49,926 nt of DNA from Candidatus Zixiibacteriota bacterium (GTDB lineage: Bacteria > Zixibacteria > MSB-5A5 > WJJR01): the NCBI GenBank assembly GCA_036170655.1, contig JAVHPP010000049.1:1-49926 (forward strand). Direction: 5' to 3'. The translations under genes and the position numbers were made by a program. Of this stretch, positions 36,577 through 45,725 are shown in pieces. The notes under the pieces were generated by a model that saw only the letters and a program-made list of their open reading frames with translations, was not told the origin of the DNA and did not search any database. Position 1 is the first letter of the stretch, and the number at the start of each line of letters is the position of its first letter.

Positions 36577-37911
36577 ATGATAATCTCCCGTAAATCGACA
36601 ACGTTTGTTCAGGTTTTGATTAGCGTCATTGCCGTTCTGGTGGCGGGGTGCACCCAGCGGCAGAACCCCGCCGATTCGCCGGTGTCCAGCGTTGGCGGGA
36701 ATAGTTTTCAGGTGATGCACTTTCCCGCGCTGGAGCATAATCCGCTTGGCGATTCGCCGGCACGCATTGTCTCTGTTGCTTTTGCTTCAGATACCACTCT
36801 GGCGGTGCCGCAGCCTCCGTTTCCCGTGCTCTACCTCCTGCATGATTTCGGCGGCGACGTCACGTACTTCGAGCGCTACAATCTGCAGGGGATTCTCAAT
36901 GAGATGTACCGCAACGGAGAGATCGGACGTATGCTCGTCGTTACGGTCGATGCGTCCAATGCCTTCAATGGGTCTTATTACAGGAATTCGACATCGTCCG
37001 GCAACTACGAGGACTTGTTGCAGCAAGTGATCAACCTCGTGGAACAGAATTACCGTGTCTATACTCAGGCCGGTCCCAAAGCACGTGCCATCTCGGGCCA
37101 CGGGATGGGGGGGTATGGGGCCTTGCGGTTTGCCATGGATCACCCCGGTTTGTTCGGTTCTGTGTCGTCAATGTCCGGTCCCGTTTCCTTGTTTGGCGCT
37201 GATGGCAATACGGGTGTGCTGACTTGGGCTCCGAAGATTCTTGCCGAGAACAGTGTTACAGCGGGGAATGCCGCTTCCTTCAAAGACATCTATCCCGCTG
37301 TAGGGAAGCCCTTCACCAACAATATGATCGCCATGGCCTCGGCTTTTTCGCCCCGTAATCTTGAACGGATTGTGAGCGTCGATTCAATTGCTGGTTGTCT
37401 GTACTGTCCCGGTACGTTTTGTCCTGACTCTACATTTTTAGTTCTGTGTAAGCCGTGTACTGTCTTTGAAACTATTCCCGAGGGATCCACGACGATTGCG
37501 TTTCCCCCGGGCATCACCGAGGCATGGGTCTGCTTTGATAAAATCCCCAAGAAGCCGGCGTTGCTTGGCGTTGATCTCCCGTTTGATGCGAATGCCGGGC
37601 GGTTCGATTCGGTGTCGAGTCAATGGCTGGAAAGTGACATCAAAACATCCTTTGTGGGAACTCCTCATGCACTCGACGATGTCGATGTTTATTTTGACTG
37701 TGGTGTCGACGATGAGTGGGGCTACCTTGAGCAGAATGACGCCCTCGATCAGGCGATGAAAGACGCCGGCAAGGCGCACATCTACGAGAAGTACACGGGG
37801 TTCGAGGGAGTGCCTGCTGGTCACACGCAGTTGATTCTTGAGCGGCTGAGAAAGGTGATCAAGTTTCACTCCGATCGCCTTCTTCGGGCTCCCGGTCCCG
37901 ATTCGCATTGA
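36577..37911 (+). CDS. Lipoprotein with alpha/beta-hydrolase (Fes/FrmB-like esterase) fold, nucleophile Ser replaced by Gly
   Basis: Lipobox VAGC; PVLYLLH; ISGHGMGGYGA; SSMSG; DCGVDD; AGH. Confidence 0.8.
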   Translation: MIISRKSTTFVQVLISVIAVLVAGCTQRQNPADSPVSSVGGNSFQVMHFPALEHNPLGDSPARIVSVAFASDTTLAVPQPPFPVLYLLHDFGGDVTYFERYNLQGILNEMYRNGEIGRMLVVTVDASNAFNGSYYRNSTSSGNYEDLLQQVINLVEQNYRVYTQAGPKARAISGHGMGGYGALRFAMDHPGLFGSVSSMSGPVSLFGADGNTGVLTWAPKILAENSVTAGNAASFKDIYPAVGKPFTNNMIAMASAFSPRNLERIVSVDSIAGCLYCPGTFCPDSTFLVLCKPCTVFETIPEGSTTIAFPPGITEAWVCFDKIPKKPALLGVDLPFDANAGRFDSVSSQWLESDIKTSFVGTPHALDDVDVYFDCGVDDEWGYLEQNDALDQAMKDAGKAHIYEKYTGFEGVPAGHTQLILERLRKVIKFHSDRLLRAPGPDSH

Positions 37912-37936
37912 CGCCTCACCCCAATATGTCAGTTAT

Positions 37937-37967
37937 AAGGCGCTCTGCCTCAGCAGAGCGCCTTTTT
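37937..37967 (+). terminator. Intrinsic terminator between convergent genes
   Basis: AAGGCGCTCTGC-CTCA-GCAGAGCGCCTT stem followed by a T-tract. Confidence 0.8.
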
Positions 37968-37992
37968 GATTCTCATACAGACGGAGTTGGAT

Positions 37993-39045
37993 TCAACGAC
38001 GGGAGTCGGTTGTGTCCAGTGGCGCACCCAGAATGAAACGGGCCAGGAACTCTCCCGCAAACGCGTGGCCTGCGGCGTTGAAATGTTCGTTATCACGGCG
38101 CGAATCTTCGAAGAACGCGGGATGCGCATCAAATGCGTTTGCCAGTTCCACGTACTCGGCGCCGTTCTGAATGGCCCCATACCGTGCCATCCGCCGGTAC
38201 ATCTGGTGGTAGTGGAACACGCCGGAGGTGTCGCTCTTACCCGGCGGGGGCCACGAGATCGGTGACGTGACAATAACCGGCCTGGCATGAACGTCTTCCG
38301 CGGTGCGGATGAGCTTCTCCATGTTGCTCACGAATTCTGTCAATCCAACCCGCCACACCTTGCGATCCACCGGGACGGCGGCGCTGTCGGGTGCGAAAAA
38401 GGACAGCCATCCCCACCGGGCCCAGCGCACCGCGGCCGAGTGCATCAGCACATCCTCCAGCCCGATCAACCAGGCCGGAGGCATTTTGCGGTCACCATCC
38501 GCCATCCCGTCCGCGACGGGCTGATGATCCCCCCACGAAAAATTGTACAATACAATGTCTGGTTTCCAGCGTGGCAGCCATCGCCGTGCGAGAATCACGG
38601 CCTGATATGTCGAGTAATCGGGCATGCCCGCGTTGATGACGTCCCACCGGCGATGCTGTGGATCGAGGCGGTTCAACTCAATCTCCAATTGAGGCGGATA
38701 CGACGCACTATCAGAGACACCCCACCCGAATGTCGTCCCGTCCCCGACGCACACGACACGCTGCACGCCAGCGGGCTTGCTGCTATTGATGCTGGCTCCA
38801 CGGAAGCCATCGGAATTGATCGTGTATGTTCCCGGGGCGAGGAAGTCGTCTCGTATGATCCGGTTCGGACGAAAGCGCCAGAACAATTCCGGGTCCTTGA
38901 CAAAGTGGTCCGGGTGACTCCATTCGCGTGCCTCGACAAACGACGGGTCATGTGGCCAAGGTGGCAACGCGACGAGCCGGGCGACCAGTTCGATTGCCAG
39001 CAAAGCTACCGCAACCACTACGGCTGCCATTCCCGGCGACTTCAT
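37993..39045 (-). CDS. Membrane-anchored SGNH/GDSL-fold protein with degenerate active site
   Basis: N-terminal TM helix; INSDGFRG; RVVCVGDGTTFG (block I); INAGMPDYST; DNEHFN. Confidence 0.8.
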   Translation of the reverse strand: MKSPGMAAVVVAVALLAIELVARLVALPPWPHDPSFVEAREWSHPDHFVKDPELFWRFRPNRIIRDDFLAPGTYTINSDGFRGASINSSKPAGVQRVVCVGDGTTFGWGVSDSASYPPQLEIELNRLDPQHRRWDVINAGMPDYSTYQAVILARRWLPRWKPDIVLYNFSWGDHQPVADGMADGDRKMPPAWLIGLEDVLMHSAAVRWARWGWLSFFAPDSAAVPVDRKVWRVGLTEFVSNMEKLIRTAEDVHARPVIVTSPISWPPPGKSDTSGVFHYHQMYRRMARYGAIQNGAEYVELANAFDAHPAFFEDSRRDNEHFNAAGHAFAGEFLARFILGAPLDTTDSRR

Positions 39046-39093
39046 CCTGTCTTCGCGTTGAATCAATTCGTCCATCCTTGATCGCGCACTCCC

Positions 39094-40218
39094 CTACCGA
39101 AGCGCTTTGGCCGATAGCTTGTTCTTCAGTGCGGGGTGAACAAACACGCCATTTTTGCGGATTAGCTTGCCGTCCAAATAAATTTCTCCGCCGCCGTACT
39201 CTGGCGTTTGAATCAAGACGAGATCCCAATGAATGGCGGATTTGTTACCGTTCGGCGCCTCGTCGTAGCAATTCCCCGGCGTCAGATGGATTGACCCAAA
39301 GATCTTCTCGTCAAACAGGATGTCTTTCATTGGCTTGTGAATGTTGGGATTGAGACCGAAAGAGAACTCCCCCACGTAGCGCGCTCCGGCATCGGTATCG
39401 AAAATCTTGTTCAACGCAGTATTGTCGCCAGCACATTCCGCGTGAACGATCTTTCCATTCTTAAAGGTCAGGTGAACTTTCTCATAGACCATGGACTCGT
39501 AGAGCGAAGGGGCATTGTATGTGATTTCACCGTTGATGGAAGTCTTTACCGGAGCGGTGTAGACTTCACCGTCCGGGATGTTGCGTCTCCCGTCACACTT
39601 CACCGGGGTGATGCCCTTGATCGAGAATTCGAGATTGGTACCGGGTCCGACGATGTGCACACGGTCGGTCTGTTTCATCAAATCGACCAGCGGATCCATG
39701 GCCCTCGACATCTTCTTGTAGTCAACATTGCAGACGGAGAAATAGAAGTCTTCAAATGACTCGCGCGATGTCTCCGCCAGTTGCGACATGGCAAAGTTGG
39801 GGTAACGCAGAACCACCCATCGCGTCCGCTTGACACGTTGCCCCAAGTGCACGGGCTTGTAGTAATACTTCTGGTACCATTGGCGACGCTCCGCCGGAAG
39901 ATCGGCCATCGTGAACGCGTTGTTGGACCCACGCACCGCGATGTAACATGTCATGTCCTTCATCATTCGGAGGTGCATCTGGCCAAATGCCTTCAACTGA
40001 TCCTCCGACGCATTCAGCACCCACCGGCGTTCGACCTCCTCCTCATTGTGGTACCAGAACGGCAGCCCACCAGCCCTGGCGACTTCTGTGACGATCTCCC
40101 GCGTCAGTTCCAGCGAGTCATTCCCCTTTGATTCCACCAGAATCTTCTCACCGGGCTTGACCTTGCACGAGTAGTTGACCAGCGTGTCAGCCAATTGGCA
40201 CAAACGTGGGTCCTTCAT
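39094..40218 (-). CDS. Aminopeptidase, M29 family (AmpS/AmpT-like)
   Basis: NIPDGEVYTAP, GEFSFG, FDEKI.GSIHLTPG, NKSAIHWDLV; GAGGAGG RBS. Confidence 0.93.
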   Translation of the reverse strand: MKDPRLCQLADTLVNYSCKVKPGEKILVESKGNDSLELTREIVTEVARAGGLPFWYHNEEEVERRWVLNASEDQLKAFGQMHLRMMKDMTCYIAVRGSNNAFTMADLPAERRQWYQKYYYKPVHLGQRVKRTRWVVLRYPNFAMSQLAETSRESFEDFYFSVCNVDYKKMSRAMDPLVDLMKQTDRVHIVGPGTNLEFSIKGITPVKCDGRRNIPDGEVYTAPVKTSINGEITYNAPSLYESMVYEKVHLTFKNGKIVHAECAGDNTALNKIFDTDAGARYVGEFSFGLNPNIHKPMKDILFDEKIFGSIHLTPGNCYDEAPNGNKSAIHWDLVLIQTPEYGGGEIYLDGKLIRKNGVFVHPALKNKLSAKALR

Positions 40219-40531
40219 CCATCCTCCTCAGTCGGCGACAACACGCGGCTGCCGCTTACATGTGCACACTTCACCCGACCCGGTTGGCTTCCGCCTCCGG
40301 TCCGTAACAGGCAACCAATATACGATGGTTGCTGCGCCTCGTACATAGGAGAGAGGTGCGCAAGCAGTCAGACTGTCAGAGTTTCCTGCAAGATGCGCCG
40401 GTAATCTTGGCGTGGTCGGAATGACGTCTCACCCATGCCGATTCGCGTAGACGACGTTCTTCGCGTCGCGACGCGGCCCGCGTCTACGCGTGGCTGATCG
40501 GCCAATTCATTGTGTTGGGGATATCGAGTGA

Positions 40532-42325
40532 TCAGAGGGCGTTCGTGAGAGTTTGGTTCCGCCGGGCTTCGTCCAGCCGCCGGTACCCTTCGAGAAGGAG
40601 AGCGGGAGTCGCGGAGACGACATTGCGGATGGGAACACTGTCCCCCGGGTGAACCTCGAACTCTCCGTCACTCCATCCGACGAGGTGGAAGAACGCCTCA
40701 TCCCCGGTCAATCCCCCCGCGGACACATGGACAATCTGTCCCTGACGGAACCAAAGGGAGGCGCGGTGGCCGGGACGTGTGAAGATCACATGGACGGTCT
40801 TCTGAGCGGATGAGAGAACTTGCACAAGGTCGCCCAGCCCCAAATCGGTGAGATGCCCGGTGACCGAGGGCGATCCCGGGGCCTTCGATGCGGCCAGTGG
40901 CGATGATGCCGCTTTCGGCTGGCCAGAGCATGCTTGGTCAATGACGAGTGTCTGCCGGATCCGTTCGACGATCCGATCGATGCCATCGCTGGTCAGCCCG
41001 ATCTCCACCACCCCGTTCTTCGCCAGTTCCAGAGTACGTTTCCCGCAACCTGCTTCGACGACCAAGAATACACGTGACGAGGAAGATGAAACGGCGCCGA
41101 GAATGTCGGTCAACTCCTCGTAAGACGGGCCAGTGCCTTCGGCAATATGCACGCAGACCAGATCAGGCGCCCTCCGCCGGACCAGAGCCAGCCCTTCCGT
41201 GACCGTGGCTGGATTGACCACCCGGTAAGAGGCTTCGCGCAGACGCTCGATCAGTGTCGCAGAGAGTAGGCTGGAACCAATGACCATGACCTCGGCGGGA
41301 GGCTCGCCCAACCGCCGCCGCAACTGCCAAGCGCGCAGGATGGAAAATGCGGTGGCGGCAACCTGAGCATCCAATTTCCATTCAGGCGATGCAACGACAC
41401 GTTCCTGCCATACATCGATCGCTTCATCACGGGATGGTTCCGGCGCAAACTCGGCAATGGCCAGACACACACGCAGGATGCCGGCTGGCACCGAGAGTGG
41501 CGCTGCATCGTACCGGCGGATCGCTTCGTGCAACAGCCCGGTGACATCCCAGGGGAGATCAATATCACCCAGGATCGGAAGCGATGCTTCCACGGCCTGA
41601 TGCACAGGGAGCCGTTTCATGCCTCCGGTTTGGCAGCAGCTGCAAGACGCCATCATGGCGGCCAAACGCATTGTCTGAACGGCATTCTCCTCCAAACCGA
41701 AACGAGCGGCAATTTCGCTGGCCAGTCTGGCGGTCCAGGCTGATCCTCCCAGTTTTTGCCTGGATTTCTCCTCGAAGACAGTCACCGCCCATTCCAGCAG
41801 TCTTGTCATCGCTTCGACAGCTTGTGTCGACGCGTCATGCGCAAACGGCGAAACTGGGACAGCTCCGCCGGTTGGCAAAGCCGCCAAGGGCACGCGCACT
41901 CTGGCCAAGGCGGTGTGGATGCAGATCTCAACGGCAACGTACGGGATGACGCGGGCCGGATGAATAGCCTGAATGACTGCGCGCAGCGTTTGATGGTCTC
42001 TCGGGTCGGCGAAAGCAACTCGTAGACTCGACGTTGGTTCGTCATAGGAAACGGGGATGCAATGGTGCCGCTCAGCTAAGTCGAGAGGCAGATGGCCGAA
42101 CAGCGACGGGTCGATGTCCAGTTCCCCGACACAAAAACCCGGTACGCCAAACTGCTCCGAGAGCGCGTCAACCAATTCCGCTTCGCTGATGTCGCCCGAA
42201 CGGAGCAGGTGCTCGCCCAGTTTTCCGCCGACAAGTTTCTGCTGATTCAGCGCCCGCCGGATATTGGCGTCCGTGACGAGACCTTTCGTCTGCAGGATCT
42301 GATCGAGACGTTTGCCTGTTCCCAT
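40532..42325 (-). CDS. Multidomain signalling protein: MshEN/T2SSE_N, degenerate HD-like, REC-like and DUF4388 domains
   Basis: RLDQILxxxGL...KLGEHLLxxG tandem; VAFADP; RAPDLV REC-like segment; GHLTDLGLGDLVQ...G.IVH....G.EAF..L..W..GEF (DUF4388). Confidence 0.75.
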   Translation of the reverse strand: MGTGKRLDQILQTKGLVTDANIRRALNQQKLVGGKLGEHLLRSGDISEAELVDALSEQFGVPGFCVGELDIDPSLFGHLPLDLAERHHCIPVSYDEPTSSLRVAFADPRDHQTLRAVIQAIHPARVIPYVAVEICIHTALARVRVPLAALPTGGAVPVSPFAHDASTQAVEAMTRLLEWAVTVFEEKSRQKLGGSAWTARLASEIAARFGLEENAVQTMRLAAMMASCSCCQTGGMKRLPVHQAVEASLPILGDIDLPWDVTGLLHEAIRRYDAAPLSVPAGILRVCLAIAEFAPEPSRDEAIDVWQERVVASPEWKLDAQVAATAFSILRAWQLRRRLGEPPAEVMVIGSSLLSATLIERLREASYRVVNPATVTEGLALVRRRAPDLVCVHIAEGTGPSYEELTDILGAVSSSSSRVFLVVEAGCGKRTLELAKNGVVEIGLTSDGIDRIVERIRQTLVIDQACSGQPKAASSPLAASKAPGSPSVTGHLTDLGLGDLVQVLSSAQKTVHVIFTRPGHRASLWFRQGQIVHVSAGGLTGDEAFFHLVGWSDGEFEVHPGDSVPIRNVVSATPALLLEGYRRLDEARRNQTLTNAL

Positions 42326-42543
42326 GACTCAATACCCGATCCGATTCGAACTTCCGTCCCAGGTCAGCCTGACACGGGAAGTGCTTCTCATGTCGTGGTA
42401 TCGGCAGTTCACTGCTCGTTCCCTATCACCCCCGTGGACTTGCAGTTCCCAAGCGCTGACGCCTATCGGCCTCCGTCTGCAATTGACCTGATCTCTTGCG
42501 GTGGGTATCTTGCAAACGGACAGAATCTTGAAGGCCATTTCTC

Positions 42544-44007
42544 ATGCCAGATACCCATCCAGCAGCGAATACCACCCTCGATCGGGAGGGGGAAACGGGA
42601 TTGCCCGGTGCGGCTTTGCGCCGCATCTACCTGATGAATGACCTGCCGCCTGAGGTTGTGGCCGTGGCGTTTGCCAAAACGTCCCGTTCCCCGGAGCCGT
42701 TTGATCAGATTGCCGCCGAACTGACTGAAGCCGCTTCTGCAAAATTTCACGAGAAATGGGTGGTCGGTTACGGGCATGCCTCAGTCGCCGAACATGCCGT
42801 ATTGTCGCTGGCGGTCGAGAACGTCTCCATCCTTGCCGCCAAGGCCGTCGAGGATAACCGGTTATCCTCTTTTACGGAAAAATCCACCCGCTACCAAGTC
42901 TACGATCCCCAGCGTGTGTACCGTCCGTCGAGTTACCGTGAGCAACCAGAACTCATGCGTCAATACGAAGATCTGATCACCACGCTCCTGAAGACCTACG
43001 TTACTTGGATGCGCCAGGCGATCTCATGGCTCAAGGATGCAGAACAACGACCGCCTGATGTCTCCGAGAAGATGTGGGAGGCACGGCTTCGTGCGAAATC
43101 CTGCGATGCCATTCGCTACCTGTTGCCGACAGCGACGCTCACGAATCTCGGATGGACGATCAACGCACGGGCGCTGGCTGGCGCCATTCGCAAACTGGGA
43201 GGGTCCCGTTTGCCTGAGCTTCGCGACATCGCCATGGAACTGAAGGTGGCGGCCATGCAGAAGGTCCCGACCCTTCTGAAGTACTCTGACCCGGATCCGG
43301 CCCGTTACCAGGCGGGGGCCGCAGTTGCCGAACGTATTCACGGTTGGGATTTGCAGACGTCACGCCTGGGAGGCGATCAAACGTCGCAGGTCCATTTGCT
43401 GCACTCGGATGCAGACGGTCTGCAGCGTCTCTGCGGTGCACTGGCTTATCCCAACCAGCGCGCCGACTGGATAACCTTGGAGCATCAGATCGCCCGCTTG
43501 TCGACCGATGACATGATCGCCGTGCTGCGGTGTGCGGTTGATGGGCTTGGCCCGTTCGATCCGCTGCCCCGTCCCTTCGAACAGCTCAATTACCTGATCG
43601 AGATCACGGTCGACTATGGCGCCTGGCGCGACATCCAACGGCATCGTATCGGCACGCAAAACGCGCAGGAGCTGAGTCCCGATTTGGGGTTCACGGTGCC
43701 CGTGCTGATTCAGGAGATGGGGCTGGGCGCTCCGTTTGGGCAGATGGCCGAGGCGTCGGCGTCGGCGTACGACGGGCTAAGCAAGTTCTTTCCCGACGAG
43801 GCTGTTTACGCGTTGATGCTCGCGTTCCGGAAACGGTCGCTGTTCGCCTGGAATCTGCGTGAAGTTTTCCATTTTGTCCGCTTGCGAGGCTCAGCCAAAG
43901 GTCATGACGCTTACCGTCGCGTGGCAATTGAACTGTGGCGTTTGCTCATCGCGCGCCAGCCGTGGCTGGCGGGGGTTCTGTTCCCGCTGGGTCGCGACTT
44001 CAAATGA
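42544..44007 (+). CDS. thyX: FAD-dependent thymidylate synthase (double-domain ThyX)
   Basis: YGHASVAEHA, EKSTRY, RYLLP, DIQRHR, NLRE..HF..LR...GH..YR; ~490 aa duplicated architecture. Confidence 0.85.
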   Translation: MPDTHPAANTTLDREGETGLPGAALRRIYLMNDLPPEVVAVAFAKTSRSPEPFDQIAAELTEAASAKFHEKWVVGYGHASVAEHAVLSLAVENVSILAAKAVEDNRLSSFTEKSTRYQVYDPQRVYRPSSYREQPELMRQYEDLITTLLKTYVTWMRQAISWLKDAEQRPPDVSEKMWEARLRAKSCDAIRYLLPTATLTNLGWTINARALAGAIRKLGGSRLPELRDIAMELKVAAMQKVPTLLKYSDPDPARYQAGAAVAERIHGWDLQTSRLGGDQTSQVHLLHSDADGLQRLCGALAYPNQRADWITLEHQIARLSTDDMIAVLRCAVDGLGPFDPLPRPFEQLNYLIEITVDYGAWRDIQRHRIGTQNAQELSPDLGFTVPVLIQEMGLGAPFGQMAEASASAYDGLSKFFPDEAVYALMLAFRKRSLFAWNLREVFHFVRLRGSAKGHDAYRRVAIELWRLLIARQPWLAGVLFPLGRDFK

Positions 44008-44324
44008 TTCGTTCCTTGTGATTGCGAATCCGTTCCAGAATTTTGACAGCTTCTCCCACTGGAGATTTGACATGCTGCATATCCGTTCGCAACCTTCCCG
44101 TGTGGGGTCAGGCCCCCGCCGCAGCCCTCCATTAGATGTGTGCCGAGCTACGGGCGACATGCGCATCATGTTCCAACTCCACGCGGCACACCGTGAGTCT
44201 CAGGCGACCGTGATGGACCAGAATAGGTGACAAGATGACACATAATTTGCCAAACACGTCCCCTCGGTATGAGGTAGAACCGATGACGCCGATGACGCGA
44301 CGAGCCGCTTCACTGGAGGGAACT

Positions 44325-44600
44325 ATGACGGAATCAGAAACACGAAAGACGCCTCCGACACGACCGTGGGTCGAGGTGACGAGCCGTCTGTGCAAGGGCT
44401 GCGACTATTGCGTACAGGCCTGTCCGCCCCAGGTGTTGGGATTCTCCACAGACATCAACGAACGCGGATATCATTACTCTTTCTACCTCGGAGATGGTTG
44501 CACCGGTTGCGGAATTTGCTTCTACAACTGTCCGGAGCCGGGAGCGATTGTCGTGTGGCGCCGGTCGGCCGACACGAAGGCCCGCAATGTATTGGACTGA
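44325..44600 (+). CDS. 2[4Fe-4S] ferredoxin, 2-oxoacid oxidoreductase delta subunit
   Basis: [12 protein letters not shown] and [12 protein letters not shown]; GGAGG RBS. Confidence 0.9.
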   Translation: MTESETRKTPPTRPWVEVTSRLCKGCDYCVQACPPQVLGFSTDINERGYHYSFYLGDGCTGCGICFYNCPEPGAIVVWRRSADTKARNVLD

Positions 44601-44660
44601 CGAATCGGAGACCTCGGCGCCGTCGCGTGAAAGTGGGCATGGAATGGTCGCGGAGAAAGG

Positions 44661-45725
44661 GTGGCACAAGTGGGTAAAGAACTTCTGAAGGGCAACGAAG
44701 CGATTGTCGTTGGGGCGATCTTGGCCGGATGCCGCTCATACTACGGGTATCCCATCACGCCGGCCTCCGAAATCGCGGAGACCGCAGCCAAGCTGATGCC
44801 CAAGGTTGGCGGGACATTTCTGCAGGCCGAGTCGGAAATCGGCGCCATTAACATGGTGTACGGCGCCGCCTCGACCGGGCAGCGTACCATGACCGCGTCA
44901 TCTTCGCCGGGGATTTCCCTCAAGCAGGAGGGCATCTCCTACTGTGCTGGGTCAGAACTGCCATGCGTCATTGTTGATGTCATGCGCGGCGGTCCCGGTC
45001 TCGGCAACATCGGTCCCGAACAGGCCGATTACAATCAGATGGTCAAGGGGGGAGGCCACGGCAATTATCATCTGATTGTTCTCGCCCCCAACTGCGCGCA
45101 GGAGATGTGTGATCTGACCATGCTCGCCTTTGAGCTGGCCGACAAGTACCGCAATCCCGCCGCCATCCTGACGGATGGCTTCATTGGTCAAATGATGGAG
45201 CCGGTCGAGATTCCTGCGCCTGTGGCGCAACTGCCGGACAAAGATTGGGCGGTCAAGGCGACGGAATCGACCAGAGACAATCTGATCAGTTCCATCTACC
45301 TCAGCCATGACTCGTTGGAAGGGCATATCAGGAAGCTCTATGCGAAGTACGCCGAGGTGGAGAAAAATGAGGTTCGATATGAAGCGTACCGGCTTGATGA
45401 CTGCGAGTATGTCGCCATTGCCTATGGCATTGTATCGCGTCTGCTGATGGCTGCGGTCGATGAGGCGCGCGACATGGGGATCAAAGTCGGCATGCTGCGT
45501 CCCATCACCCTTTGGCCGTTTCCGGTGACACGCCTGCGGGAGTTGTCACGGTCAGTCAAGGGCATGCTGGTTGCCGAATGCTCCACTGGCATGCTTGTTG
45601 ATGACGTTAAGCTCGCCATCGAATGTGCCGTGCCGGTGCAGTTGTACTCACGCGTCGGCGGCAATATCCCGACCTCGGTGGAACTGCTGGGTGCAATCCA
45701 AAAGTTGCAGGAGGATCTGTCGTGA
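44661..45725 (+). CDS. vorB: 3-methyl-2-oxobutanoate (2-ketoisovalerate) ferredoxin oxidoreductase alpha subunit
   Basis: [42 protein letters not shown]. Confidence 0.85.
   Translation: MAQVGKELLKGNEAIVVGAILAGCRSYYGYPITPASEIAETAAKLMPKVGGTFLQAESEIGAINMVYGAASTGQRTMTASSSPGISLKQEGISYCAGSELPCVIVDVMRGGPGLGNIGPEQADYNQMVKGGGHGNYHLIVLAPNCAQEMCDLTMLAFELADKYRNPAAILTDGFIGQMMEPVEIPAPVAQLPDKDWAVKATESTRDNLISSIYLSHDSLEGHIRKLYAKYAEVEKNEVRYEAYRLDDCEYVAIAYGIVSRLLMAAVDEARDMGIKVGMLRPITLWPFPVTRLRELSRSVKGMLVAECSTGMLVDDVKLAIECAVPVQLYSRVGGNIPTSVELLGAIQKLQEDLS

Noticed and set aside
23573-38739. Codon reassignment of GGG, since three expected Ser/Cys positions (cytochrome b, esterase, SGNH) are all GGG
   Set aside because: GGG encodes invariant Gly in many conserved motifs here (e.g. 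tkt SDGD and PLGQG, spt GTFSK), and the expected residues differ (Ser vs Cys).
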